A DNA stretch of 63,805 nt, filler included, from an uncultured Acidimicrobiia bacterium (GTDB lineage Bacteria > Actinomycetota > Acidimicrobiia > Spongiisociales > JAOTWH01), in the NCBI GenBank assembly GCA_964347285.1. It is 3 parts of 3 records of this genome, joined end to end, with 100 filler letters (N's around TTAATTAATTAA, not from the genome) between each part and the next. Parts side by side here need not be neighbours in the genome. Positions count along the whole stretch, not along the records: positions 46,058 to 63,805 come from CAYFYE010000051.1; 2 more parts are not named here. The stretch is one strand, 5' to 3'. Numbering within the stretch: the stretch's first letter is position 1; each line of letters starts with the position of its first letter. Position numbers and translations under genes: made by a program. Positions 48,764-57,669 of the stretch are shown here, in pieces. The notes under the pieces are model-generated. The model was given only the letters and a program-made list of their open reading frames with translations, was not told the DNA's origin and searched no databases.

Positions 48764-49816
48764 ATGGCCCCACTGGCTCTGCTGTTGGCCGCTCTCATCC
48801 CGAGTCAGTTGGGGGCCCTCCCCATGGATCTGCCCCCGTTGCCGCCCGGAGACCTGCCGGTGGTCGCGCCTCCCGAGTTGGAGGCGGCCTCGTGGATCCT
48901 CTACGACGCTACTCACGACGCAGTCCTCGACAGCCACCGTCCCGACGACCCGCGGGCCATGGCATCCGTGACCAAGCTGATGACGGCTCTGGTAGTGCGC
49001 CAAAACGCGGACCTCGACGAGTTGGTGACGGTGTCCGAGGAGGCGGCCGCGACCGGACAGGCCGAGGTGGGTCTGGTGCCCGGCGAGCAATGGACGGCGT
49101 GGGAGTTGGTGAGTTCGATCATGGTCAGGTCGGCCAACGATGCCGCCACCGCCCTGGCCGAGCACGTGGGCGGCTCCGTGGAAGGCTTTGCCGAGTTGAT
49201 GAACGCCGAGGCGGCCCGCCTGGGCATGGTCAACAGCCACTTCACCAACCCTCACGGCCTCGACGAGCCCGGCCACTTCTCGACGGCTAACGATCTGCTC
49301 ATCCTGGGGCGGGCCGTGCTCGAAGATCCCCTCCTGGCTCGGCTGGCCCGCACGTCGGTGATCAGGTTCCGGGCGAGTCCCGACGGCACACCGCGTCGGG
49401 CCGAGAACACCAACGAGCTGCTGGGAGTCTTCGAGGGAATTCGGGGCCTCAAGACCGGATATACCGGTGATGCCGGGCGGGTCCTGGTCAGCACGGCCCG
49501 ACGCTGGGATCGAACGCTGATGGCCGTGGTGCTGGGTTCGGAGGACCACTTCGGCGATACCCGCCGACTCCTCGAATACGGGTTCGGCACGATGGGCCCT
49601 GCCGACCGATATCGCATCGCCTTGGCCGGCGAGGAAGGTGGTGGCCCTCCTGCCGCTCTGCCGCTTGCCGACTGGCTTCGGGCCCGCCTCGCCATCGTCA
49701 CTCCACTCGAGGATGGTGACCCGCATGCATCGCGAGAGCCGACGCCGCTGGAGCGAGAGATACGGGAGACTCTGGCGGACATGGTGCCGGTGCTGGCGGG
49801 AGGGCGCGATGAGTGA
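48764..49816 (+). CDS. D-alanyl-D-alanine carboxypeptidase (peptidase S11)
   Basis: SxxK (ASVTK), SxN (SAN), NPHGL, KTG; N-terminal signal-like segment. Confidence 0.92.
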   Translation: MAPLALLLAALIPSQLGALPMDLPPLPPGDLPVVAPPELEAASWILYDATHDAVLDSHRPDDPRAMASVTKLMTALVVRQNADLDELVTVSEEAAATGQAEVGLVPGEQWTAWELVSSIMVRSANDAATALAEHVGGSVEGFAELMNAEAARLGMVNSHFTNPHGLDEPGHFSTANDLLILGRAVLEDPLLARLARTSVIRFRASPDGTPRRAENTNELLGVFEGIRGLKTGYTGDAGRVLVSTARRWDRTLMAVVLGSEDHFGDTRRLLEYGFGTMGPADRYRIALAGEEGGGPPAALPLADWLRARLAIVTPLEDGDPHASREPTPLEREIRETLADMVPVLAGGRDE

Positions 49817-50396
49817 GGACGTCTTCGCCGAGGTGATCGACGAGGAATCACTGATGAGAAGGGTCGCGGAGCTGGCTGAGGACATCAGCGCCGACTATCA
49901 GGACCGGGATCCAGTGCTGGTGGGCGTGCTCAAAGGATCGGTACCGTTCCTCACCGACCTGTGCCGGCGGCTGACGTTCGATCTGGAGATCGAGTTCCTG
50001 GGCTTGACTCGCTTTGGAGAGGAGGGCCGGGTGTCCGTGGCCATGGACACCATCGAACCACTAGAGGGACGCCACGTGCTCTTGGTCGAGGACATCATCG
50101 ATACCGGCCTCACGCTGGCCACGGTGCGTCGCATGCTCGAGGCCCGGGGGTTGCGGAGCTTGCGGGTAGTCACGTTGCTCGACAAGGCCCCGCGTCGCAT
50201 CGTGGATGTCGAGCTGGAATACCGAGGCTTCGAGGTCGGCGACGAGTTCCTGCTCGGCTACGGCCTCGATTTCGAGGGACAATACCGCAACCTGCGGTCG
50301 ATCTGGGCCGTCCTCGACCTGGTTGCCTTCCAGGAAGATCCAGACGCACTGGCCCGCCGTGTGTTCCCAGAGCCCGGTGATAGGCTGTCGGCGTGA
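49809..50396 (+). CDS. hpt: Hypoxanthine phosphoribosyltransferase-like protein
   Basis: GVLKGS, PRPP loop LLVEDIIDTGLT, GYGLD...YRNL. Confidence 0.85.
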   Translation: MSEDVFAEVIDEESLMRRVAELAEDISADYQDRDPVLVGVLKGSVPFLTDLCRRLTFDLEIEFLGLTRFGEEGRVSVAMDTIEPLEGRHVLLVEDIIDTGLTLATVRRMLEARGLRSLRVVTLLDKAPRRIVDVELEYRGFEVGDEFLLGYGLDFEGQYRNLRSIWAVLDLVAFQEDPDALARRVFPEPGDRLSA

Positions 50397-50887
50397 GCGA
50401 ACCGATCGCCCTCGAACTGGTCGGGGTACGCATCGAACTCCCCACCAACCAACCCATCGTCCTGCTTCGTGAGATGGGAGGCAGCCGTTACCTGCCGATC
50501 TGGATCGGGGCAGTGGAGGCGACTGCGATCGCGTTCGCCTTGGAGGGAGTCGAGGCCGAACGGCCGCTCACTCACGACCTGCTCCGTATCGTCAGCGACT
50601 CACTGGGTGCGGCCGTGGAGCGGGTGACCGTGACCGAGTTGCGCGACGGCATCTTCTATGCGGACCTCGTCTTCCACCGGGACGGTGAGGAGATCCACGT
50701 GTCGTCGCGGCCGTCGGACGCCATCGCTCTCGCCGCTCGCACCGCGGCCCCGCTGTTTGCATCTCCCGAGGTGCTGAACGAAGCCGGGGTGGAGATTCGG
50801 GAAGAGGGCGAAGAGGAAGAGGTTGCCCGTTTCCGGGAGTTCCTCGACAACATCTCTCCAGAGGACTTCGGCTCCGCCAGCTCATGA
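50393..50887 (+). CDS. Bifunctional nuclease family protein (DUF151, Rv1829-like)
   Basis: LPIWIG..EA.AI, RPLTHDL, SRPSDAIALA. Confidence 0.93.
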   Translation: MSEPIALELVGVRIELPTNQPIVLLREMGGSRYLPIWIGAVEATAIAFALEGVEAERPLTHDLLRIVSDSLGAAVERVTVTELRDGIFYADLVFHRDGEEIHVSSRPSDAIALAARTAAPLFASPEVLNEAGVEIREEGEEEEVARFREFLDNISPEDFGSASS

Positions 50888-51888
50888 CCCTGTGGCGAGG
50901 GGTGGTCGCCGGGCTGGTCCTGGTGGGACTGATCACCACCGTCGGGACCGTCGGCTACATGATCACCGAGGATCTGCCGTTCTTGGACGCGCTCTACACC
51001 TCCGTCATCACGATCTCGACGGTCGGCTTCAGAGAGCCGGGTACAGGATTCACGCCCGCCGGCCAGATCCTGACCATCGTCATCGTCGTGAGCGGGGTGG
51101 GATCGCTCCTTTACACTGCGACGGTTGGCCTGGAGCTGTTGGTGGAAAGGCTCATGGGCGGCGATCGGCGGGCCAAACGGTTGCGCAAGGAGGTACAGCT
51201 CTTGGACGACCACGTGATCGTCTGCGGGTTCGGCCGGATTGGACGGAACGTCTGGTTGGAACTCAGGCGCCTGGGAATCCCCGCGGTGGTGGTGGACCAG
51301 GAGCCCGATCCCCTTGAGGCGGCGCAGGCAATGGGGGCGCTGGTGGTGGAGGGCAATGCCACCCAGAACGAGGTCCTGTTGGATGCCGGGATCCGGAAAG
51401 CGCGCTCGGTGATCGCCTGTGTGCGAGCCGACTCGGACAACTTGGTCATCGTGCTGTCCGCCAAAGCACTCCGCCCCGACGTGCCGGTGATCGCTCGTGC
51501 CTCGGAGGCCGAGAGCGAGGACAAGCTTCGTCTGGCCGGGGCCGACCGGGTGGTGGCCCCCCAGGTGGTGGGCGCACACCGCCTGGCCCGGCTGGTGGCG
51601 CAGCCCCACTTGGCCGATTTCGTCGACTTGGTGGTGGGGGGAGAGGTGGTCGAGTTCGCCGTGGAGGGCTGTACGGTCCACGAAGGCTCGGTCATGGCCG
51701 GCAGCACGCTGCGCGAGACCGACGTACGGGGCCATACCGGAGCTCTGGTTCTGGGGCTGCAAGAGGGCACCGGGGAGGTGGCGCTCAATCCCGATCCGGA
51801 CGCGGTGATCCGGCCGGGACAAAACCTGGTGGCGCTGGGGACGCTCGATCAGTTGGCAGCACTCCGCGAGCTTGCCGAATCCGAGTGA
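50884..51888 (+). CDS. Potassium channel with TrkA-N/C (RCK) domains
   Basis: Pore motif TISTVGF, HVIVCGFGRIG. Confidence 0.92.
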   Translation: MTLWRGVVAGLVLVGLITTVGTVGYMITEDLPFLDALYTSVITISTVGFREPGTGFTPAGQILTIVIVVSGVGSLLYTATVGLELLVERLMGGDRRAKRLRKEVQLLDDHVIVCGFGRIGRNVWLELRRLGIPAVVVDQEPDPLEAAQAMGALVVEGNATQNEVLLDAGIRKARSVIACVRADSDNLVIVLSAKALRPDVPVIARASEAESEDKLRLAGADRVVAPQVVGAHRLARLVAQPHLADFVDLVVGGEVVEFAVEGCTVHEGSVMAGSTLRETDVRGHTGALVLGLQEGTGEVALNPDPDAVIRPGQNLVALGTLDQLAALRELAESE

Positions 51889-51973
51889 TCCACAGCTCGG
51901 GTGGAGTGGTCCACACGCTTGTCCCCAGCGCTCTCTCCCCGGCCAATAAGGCTCTTTCCGGGGGTTATCCACA
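51886..51973 (+). promoter_or_regulatory. Cluster of co-oriented DnaA-box-like 9-mers
   Basis: TGATCCACA 51886, TGGTCCACA 51907, TTGTCCCCA 51919 and perfect TTATCCACA 51965. Confidence 0.65.
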
Positions 51974-51980
51974 GCAGTTG

Positions 51981-52009
51981 TTGACAACACCGAGTCGGGC
52001 CGGTACGTT
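51981..52009 (+). promoter_or_regulatory. SigA-type promoter of the Rv1830-like gene
   Basis: TTGACA-N17-TACGTT. Confidence 0.8.
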
Positions 52010-52070
52010 CTGCGCGTAATTCGCCAAGCGAAATTACGACCGTGTAAGATGGCGGCCGCGAGGAGGGAAC

Positions 52071-52541
52071 GTGACCGATCAAGGCTACCGAGCACCGCAG
52101 GTCTGCAAGCTCGTCGGCATCACCTATCGCCAGCTCGACTACTGGGCCAGGACCGACCTCATCAACCCGTCCATCCAGGCCGCCCACGGCTCGGGGACCC
52201 AGCGCCTGTACTCGTTCGGCGACATCGTCCAGCTCAAGGTCATCAAGCGCCTCTTGGATGCGGGGATGAGCCTGAACAAGATTCGCCAAGCGATGGACAT
52301 CCTGCGCAAAGAGCTGCAAAGCGCCACGCCCCTGGCCGATGTCACCCTGCTGTCCGACGGCACCACTATCTACGCCGCCCACAGCGCCAACGAGGTGGTC
52401 GACGTGTTCCGGGGCGGGCAGGGGGTGTTCGGTATTGCGGTGGGCCCGGTCCAGGAGGAACTCGAGGGTGACATCCTCGACCTCTTCCCGCCCGAGGCCG
52501 CCGCAGAGCCCCAAGCCGCTACAGAGGTAGGCGCCACCTGA
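52071..52541 (+). CDS. MerR family regulator (Rv1830/McdR/ResR-like)
   Basis: GYRAPQVCKLVGITYRQLDYWART...GSGTQRLYSF...GGQGVFGIA. Confidence 0.92.
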   Translation: MTDQGYRAPQVCKLVGITYRQLDYWARTDLINPSIQAAHGSGTQRLYSFGDIVQLKVIKRLLDAGMSLNKIRQAMDILRKELQSATPLADVTLLSDGTTIYAAHSANEVVDVFRGGQGVFGIAVGPVQEELEGDILDLFPPEAAAEPQAATEVGAT

Positions 52542-52987
52542 GTACCGACTTCGAGTTCGGGCCGACTCCAGCCGATCTCACCGACTTTGCCCACGAGAGC
52601 GAGCGCCAGTTCGCTCGACTCCTCGACTTCTACGACATCGACTGGGAGTACGAGCCCACCTCGTTTCCGATCGAGATGGACGACGAGGGCCGGCCCACCA
52701 AGTACTTCACCCCCGACTTCTATCTCCCCGACGAAGGCATCTACATCGAGATCACCACGATGAACCAGAAGCTGGTGACCAAGAAGAACCGCAAGGTGCG
52801 CCGGTTGCGCCAGCTCCATCCGCACGTGAAGTGCAAGGTCTTTTACCAGCGCGACTATCTGCACCTCCTGGTCAAGTACGGACTGGAGGATCCCGAGGAG
52901 GCCAACATGCCTCCCGCTCCCACTCGCATGCCGGGGCCGCCCCAGGTGGTGGACCTGGGTCCGGGGGAGGAACTCTCGGCCGGGTAG
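52538..52987 (+). CDS. Hypothetical protein with PD-(D/E)xK-like nuclease motif
   Basis: FAHESERQFARLLDFY...WEYEP...FTPDFYL...IEITT; the protein-like N-terminus lies upstream of the first ATG, so a CTG start is likely. Confidence 0.7.
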   Translation: MSTDFEFGPTPADLTDFAHESERQFARLLDFYDIDWEYEPTSFPIEMDDEGRPTKYFTPDFYLPDEGIYIEITTMNQKLVTKKNRKVRRLRQLHPHVKCKVFYQRDYLHLLVKYGLEDPEEANMPPAPTRMPGPPQVVDLGPGEELSAG

Positions 52988-53039
52988 CCCCCGTGGGCCG
53001 TCTAGGCTCGACCGCAATGGACGTCCGACCCTCGAGCCG

Positions 53040-54089
53040 GTGACGCGCTCTTCACTGCATGCCCTCCACGAGCGCCTTGGGGCCCGATTCGTGGACTTCG
53101 GCGGCTGGGAGATGCCGGTGCAGTACGGGGGAGTGATCGCCGAGCACCTAGCGGTACGGCGCTCGGCGGGGATATTCGACGTGTCCCACTTGGGCCGCTT
53201 CACGGCAACGGGTACCGGCACAGCGGCCCTCCTCGGGGAACTGCTGTGCAACGATGTCGGCGAAATCTCCCCGGGGCGGGCCCAGTACACGATGGCGCTG
53301 ACTCCCGATGGGGGAGTCGTCGACGACATCATCGTGTGGCGGTTCGGCGAGGAGTCGTTCTGGGTCCTACCCAACGCCGCCAATTACACCGACATCATGG
53401 TGTCGTTCGGCGCTCGGGCCGCCCCAACCGTGGCCCTCACCCCGCGGCGGGAGGACACAGCCATGCTGGCCGTCCAGGGCCCAGATGCCCCGGCCCTGGT
53501 CGAGGGAGTGCTGGGGGTAGTCCCGGGGCGATTTCGCACAACGGAGACCGAATGGTACGGGGGTCCGGTGCGCATGGCCGGAACCGGCTACACCGGGGAA
53601 CCGGGCGCCGAGGTGGTGGTCGAGGCCGATCAGGCCGGCCCGCTGTTCGAGGCCTTCGTCGAGGCGGGGGTGGTGCCGTGCGGGCTCGGGGCGCGCGACA
53701 CCCTGCGCCTCGAGATGGGATATCCGCTGTGGGGCCAGGATCTCGACCGGGACACCACCCCGCTCGAAGCCGGACTGGACTGGGTGGTGGATTGGGACCA
53801 CGACTTCGTCGGTAAGTCCGCCCTGGAGACGCAGCGCCGGGAAGGTGTCCGCAAGACGCTGGTCGGCTTCGTCATGGAGGAGCGGGCCATCCCTCGGCAC
53901 GGCTACGGCCTGCGGGCCAATGGGACCGCCGGCCGGGTGAGCAGCGGAAACTACAGTCCGATTCTGGAAAGGGGAATAGGTATGGGCTTCCTCTCACCGA
54001 CGCCCCCAGAAGGCACCGACCGGGTCGAGGTCGAGATACGCGACGAGTGGAAGCCGGCCCGTATCCAAAGACCACCCTTTGTCGGCTGA
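53040..54089 (+). CDS. gcvT: Glycine cleavage system T protein
   Basis: FGGWEMPVQY, FDVSHLG, GYTGE, GLGARDTLRLEMG. Confidence 0.97.
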   Translation: MTRSSLHALHERLGARFVDFGGWEMPVQYGGVIAEHLAVRRSAGIFDVSHLGRFTATGTGTAALLGELLCNDVGEISPGRAQYTMALTPDGGVVDDIIVWRFGEESFWVLPNAANYTDIMVSFGARAAPTVALTPRREDTAMLAVQGPDAPALVEGVLGVVPGRFRTTETEWYGGPVRMAGTGYTGEPGAEVVVEADQAGPLFEAFVEAGVVPCGLGARDTLRLEMGYPLWGQDLDRDTTPLEAGLDWVVDWDHDFVGKSALETQRREGVRKTLVGFVMEERAIPRHGYGLRANGTAGRVSSGNYSPILERGIGMGFLSPTPPEGTDRVEVEIRDEWKPARIQRPPFVG

Positions 54090-55426
54090 TGGACTTCACC
54101 CCCCACACCGCCGCAGACGAGGCCCGGCTCCTGGCGGCTCTCGACCTGACGAGTCCCGACGATTTATTCGCCCATCTCCCCGTCGAGGTCGGGCTGTCGG
54201 GTCGTCTCGATCTTCCCGAGCCCCTCTCCGAGCCGGAAGTGATGGCGGCGGTGTCGGCACTCGGTGCCTTGAATCGATCCGACCTGGTGTGCTTCGCCGG
54301 CGGGGGAATCTACGACCATTACCTGCCGCCGGTGGTGCGGTCACTGACGTTGCGGCCGGAGTTCGTGACCTCCTACACGCCCTATCAGGCCGAAGCCAGC
54401 CAGGGCATGCTGCAAGCACTCTGGGAGTACCAGTCGATGGTGTGCGCCCTCACCGGAATGGACGTGGCCAACGCGTCCCTATACGACGGGGCAACGGCGG
54501 CCGGCGAGGCCCTCAATCTGGCGGTAGCCGCCACCGGCCGTTCGGCGGCCTGGGTTTCAAGGGGTCTGCACCCTCACACCAGGCAGGTGCTGGCCACGCT
54601 GGGGGCGGCTCGGGGCATCGAGATCGTGGAACACCCCATGGTGGCCGGGCGGACCGCCTGGGCGGTCGGAGCGGGTCCTGAGCCGGCCGCGATCTTCTTC
54701 TCTCAACCCAACTATCTGGGAGTCGTCGAGGAGTACGGACCGGCGGTCGCGCTGGCCCGCGACCACGGAGCCTTGGCAGTGGCCGCCGTCGATCCGATTG
54801 CCATGGGTGTCCTACGTTCGCCCGGCGCGGCCGGCTGCGATGTGGCCGTGGCCGAAGGCCAGCCGCTGGGGAACCCGATGTCGTTTGGGGGTCCGGTGTT
54901 GGGGATCTTTGCGACCACGGCGGAGCACATGCGGCGCCTGCCGGGGCGTCTCGTCGGCAAGACCGTCGACGCCGACGGCCGGCCAGCCTATGTGATGACG
55001 CTGCGCACCCGAGAGCAGGACATCCGCCGCGATAGGGCCTCGTCGAACATCTGCACGAATCAGTCGCTCAACGCCGTTGCGGCGGCGGTTCACCTGGCCT
55101 GGCTGGGCCCTGGAGGCCTGCAAGCGGTAGCCGAGCAATCGGCCCACAAGGCGCGTTACCTCGCCGCTCGCTTGACCGGGATCCCGGGCGTGCAATTGGC
55201 CAACGAGGAGCCCTTTTTCCGCGAGTTTGCCCTGCTCACACCCATGGACCCCTCCGACATCGTGACGGCGATGGCGGAACGGGGATTCCTGGCCGGCATA
55301 CCGCTCTCCGGTCACTACCCGGAACTCCCCGGCGGCATTCTGGTGGCCGTGACCGAGCAGCGGACCAAGGCGGAGCTGGACGGTTACGCGGCCGTCCTCG
55401 AGGGGGTGGTGAGAGATGCCGGATAG
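54089..55426 (+). CDS. gcvPA: Glycine dehydrogenase subunit 1
   Basis: TSYTPYQAEASQG, NASLYDGATA, REQDIRRDRASSNICTNQ. Confidence 0.96.
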   Translation: MDFTPHTAADEARLLAALDLTSPDDLFAHLPVEVGLSGRLDLPEPLSEPEVMAAVSALGALNRSDLVCFAGGGIYDHYLPPVVRSLTLRPEFVTSYTPYQAEASQGMLQALWEYQSMVCALTGMDVANASLYDGATAAGEALNLAVAATGRSAAWVSRGLHPHTRQVLATLGAARGIEIVEHPMVAGRTAWAVGAGPEPAAIFFSQPNYLGVVEEYGPAVALARDHGALAVAAVDPIAMGVLRSPGAAGCDVAVAEGQPLGNPMSFGGPVLGIFATTAEHMRRLPGRLVGKTVDADGRPAYVMTLRTREQDIRRDRASSNICTNQSLNAVAAAVHLAWLGPGGLQAVAEQSAHKARYLAARLTGIPGVQLANEEPFFREFALLTPMDPSDIVTAMAERGFLAGIPLSGHYPELPGGILVAVTEQRTKAELDGYAAVLEGVVRDAG

Positions 55427-56912
55427 CGGCGGACGAGCCACCGCCACACCGCTGTTGGGGGGCACGCCGGAACCGTCTCTGCGCGAGCTGTCGTCACCCG
55501 GGCGCCGGGCCTGGACCCTGATGCCACTCGATGTCCCCGAGTCGGATGTCGGCCTGCCGGAAGCCGCCGATGGGCCGCCGCCCCTGCCCGAGATCTCCGA
55601 GCGCGACCTGGTGGCCCACTTCAGCCGATTGGCGCATCGCAACTTCGGCGTCGACGTAGGGGCCTACCCGCTTGGATCCTGCACGATGAAGTACAACCCC
55701 AAGGTGTGCGACTGGGCGGCCGAGCATCCCGACTTCCGCGACCTCCACCCCGCCACTCCGGCCGCAGCAGCCGGCGGGGTCTTCGAGGTGCTGCTCGAGG
55801 CCGAGCGCATCTTGTGCGAGCTGACCGGGATGGAGCGGGCCACTTTCCAGCCGGCGGCCGGTGCCGCCGGGGAGCTGACCGGCCTGCTCATCATGCGTGC
55901 CTATCACCAAGCCGAGGGAAGGCGACCGACCAAGGTCATCATTCCCGACTCAGCCCACGGCACCAACCCGGCCTCGGCCACCCTGGGCGGCTTTCAGGCC
56001 GTAGCGGTTCCGTCCAACGAGCACGGCATGGTCGATGTGTCTGCCCTGAAGCACTTGGTCGACGAGGACGTAGCCGGGCTGATGCTCACCAACCCCAACA
56101 CTCTGGGGCTCTTCGAGGAGGAGATCGTCGCCATCGCCGAAATCGTGCATGGCGCCGGAGGCCTCCTCTACTACGACGGGGCCAATCTCAATGCGATCTT
56201 GGGGGTGGCCCGGCCGGGAGACATGGGCTTCGACATCGTTCACTCCAACCTCCACAAGACGTTCGCCACCCCCCACGGCGGCGGCGGGCCGGGATCGGGC
56301 CCGATCGCGGTCACCGCCGAGTTGGTTCGCTACCTGCCCGGCCCCCTGCCCGAGCACGACGCCGAGGACGGCTATCGCTGGGCGATGCCCGAGGCGTCGA
56401 TCGGTCGGGTCCACGGCAACCACGGCAACTTCCTAGTGGTCCTGAGGGCGCTGACCTACATGCGGGCCTTGGGCGGCCCGGGCCTGCGCAGGGTGGCGGA
56501 GCGGGCCGTCCTCAACGCCCGATACCTGGAGTCTCTGATAGGGGACCACTACGACGTCCCTTATCCCAAGCCGTGCATGCACGAGTTCGTGGCATCGGCC
56601 GTTCACCTTAGGAAGGAATTCGGGGTGCGGGCCATGGATGTCGCCAAGGGTCTGCTGGATCAGGGTTTCCATGCCCCCACCGTGTACTTTCCCCTCGTCG
56701 TCGACGAGGCGCTGATGATCGAGCCCACCGAGGTGGAGTCGCCCGAGACCATCGAGGCCCTGGCCGAGGCACTCATCGACATCGCTCGCACGGCCGCAGA
56801 GGACGCCGAATTGCTGCACGACGCACCGGTGCGTACCCCGGTGCGCCGCCCCGACGAAGCGCGCGCCGCCCGTCATCCCGTGCTCACCTGGTCGATGGAG
56901 GACGGTGGCTGA
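55416..56912 (+). CDS. gcvPB: Glycine dehydrogenase subunit 2
   Basis: PLGSCTMKYNPK, NLHKTFATPHGGGGPG. Confidence 0.96.
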   Translation: MPDSGGRATATPLLGGTPEPSLRELSSPGRRAWTLMPLDVPESDVGLPEAADGPPPLPEISERDLVAHFSRLAHRNFGVDVGAYPLGSCTMKYNPKVCDWAAEHPDFRDLHPATPAAAAGGVFEVLLEAERILCELTGMERATFQPAAGAAGELTGLLIMRAYHQAEGRRPTKVIIPDSAHGTNPASATLGGFQAVAVPSNEHGMVDVSALKHLVDEDVAGLMLTNPNTLGLFEEEIVAIAEIVHGAGGLLYYDGANLNAILGVARPGDMGFDIVHSNLHKTFATPHGGGGPGSGPIAVTAELVRYLPGPLPEHDAEDGYRWAMPEASIGRVHGNHGNFLVVLRALTYMRALGGPGLRRVAERAVLNARYLESLIGDHYDVPYPKPCMHEFVASAVHLRKEFGVRAMDVAKGLLDQGFHAPTVYFPLVVDEALMIEPTEVESPETIEALAEALIDIARTAAEDAELLHDAPVRTPVRRPDEARAARHPVLTWSMEDGG

Positions 56913-57669
56913 GATGGAGATTCTCGGCATCGATGTCGGGGGCTCGGGGGTTAAGGGAGCAGTGGTCGACGCCGCCACCGGGGAGTTGCGCACCGACCGC
57001 TACAAGATCCGAACCCCGGAGCCGGCCCCGCCGTCGGAGCTCGGAGAGATCATGGCCGAGATCTGCCGCCATCACGACTGGAGCGGCCCGGTCGGCGTGG
57101 CCTTGCCGTCGGTGGTCCGTCGCGGGGTGGTGCGCAGCGCCGCCAACGTGCATCCCGACTGGGTGGGCGTGGAGGCCCGGCCCTTCCTGGAGGGCTACCT
57201 GGACGGGCCGGTCCACGTGCTCAACGACGCCGATGCGGCCGGGGTGGCCGAGGTGCGGTTGGGGGCGGCCCGGAACGTCCCGGGCGTCGTGCTGTTGCTG
57301 ACCTTCGGCACCGGGATCGGGAGCGCCCTCTTCTATGACGGACGGCTCCTTCCCAATACCGAGTTCGGCCACCTTCAACTACGAGGCGGCCCGGCCGAAC
57401 ACTGGGCGGCGGCCCGCGTGCGCAAGAATCTGGGACTGACCTGGGAGGAGTGGGTGGAGCGCGTCAACGAGTTCCTCGCTCACCTGGAGTACCTGCTGTC
57501 ACCCGACCTGTTCGTCTTCGGCGGTGGAGTGAGCAAGCACGCCGAGGAATTCCTCCACCTCCTCGACACCGAGGCTCCAGTGTATCCGCCCCGATTTCGC
57601 AACCTGGCCGGCATCGTCGGCGCCGCCGTGGCCGCCGCCGAGGTGTTTGGTCAGAGCAGCTCGGCGTAG
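56905..57669 (+). CDS. ppgK: Polyphosphate glucokinase (ROK family)
   Basis: [35 protein letters not shown]. Confidence 0.92.
   Translation: MAEMEILGIDVGGSGVKGAVVDAATGELRTDRYKIRTPEPAPPSELGEIMAEICRHHDWSGPVGVALPSVVRRGVVRSAANVHPDWVGVEARPFLEGYLDGPVHVLNDADAAGVAEVRLGAARNVPGVVLLLTFGTGIGSALFYDGRLLPNTEFGHLQLRGGPAEHWAAARVRKNLGLTWEEWVERVNEFLAHLEYLLSPDLFVFGGGVSKHAEEFLHLLDTEAPVYPPRFRNLAGIVGAAVAAAEVFGQSSSA

Noticed and set aside
51886..52070. Chromosomal replication origin
   Set aside because: Only four boxes in under 100 bp, no AT-rich unwinding element and no dnaA/dnaN nearby; treated as regulatory instead.
52988..53039. Glycine riboswitch upstream of gcvT or gcvH
   Set aside because: The intergenic gaps (52 and 36 nt) are too short and lack the aptamer motifs.
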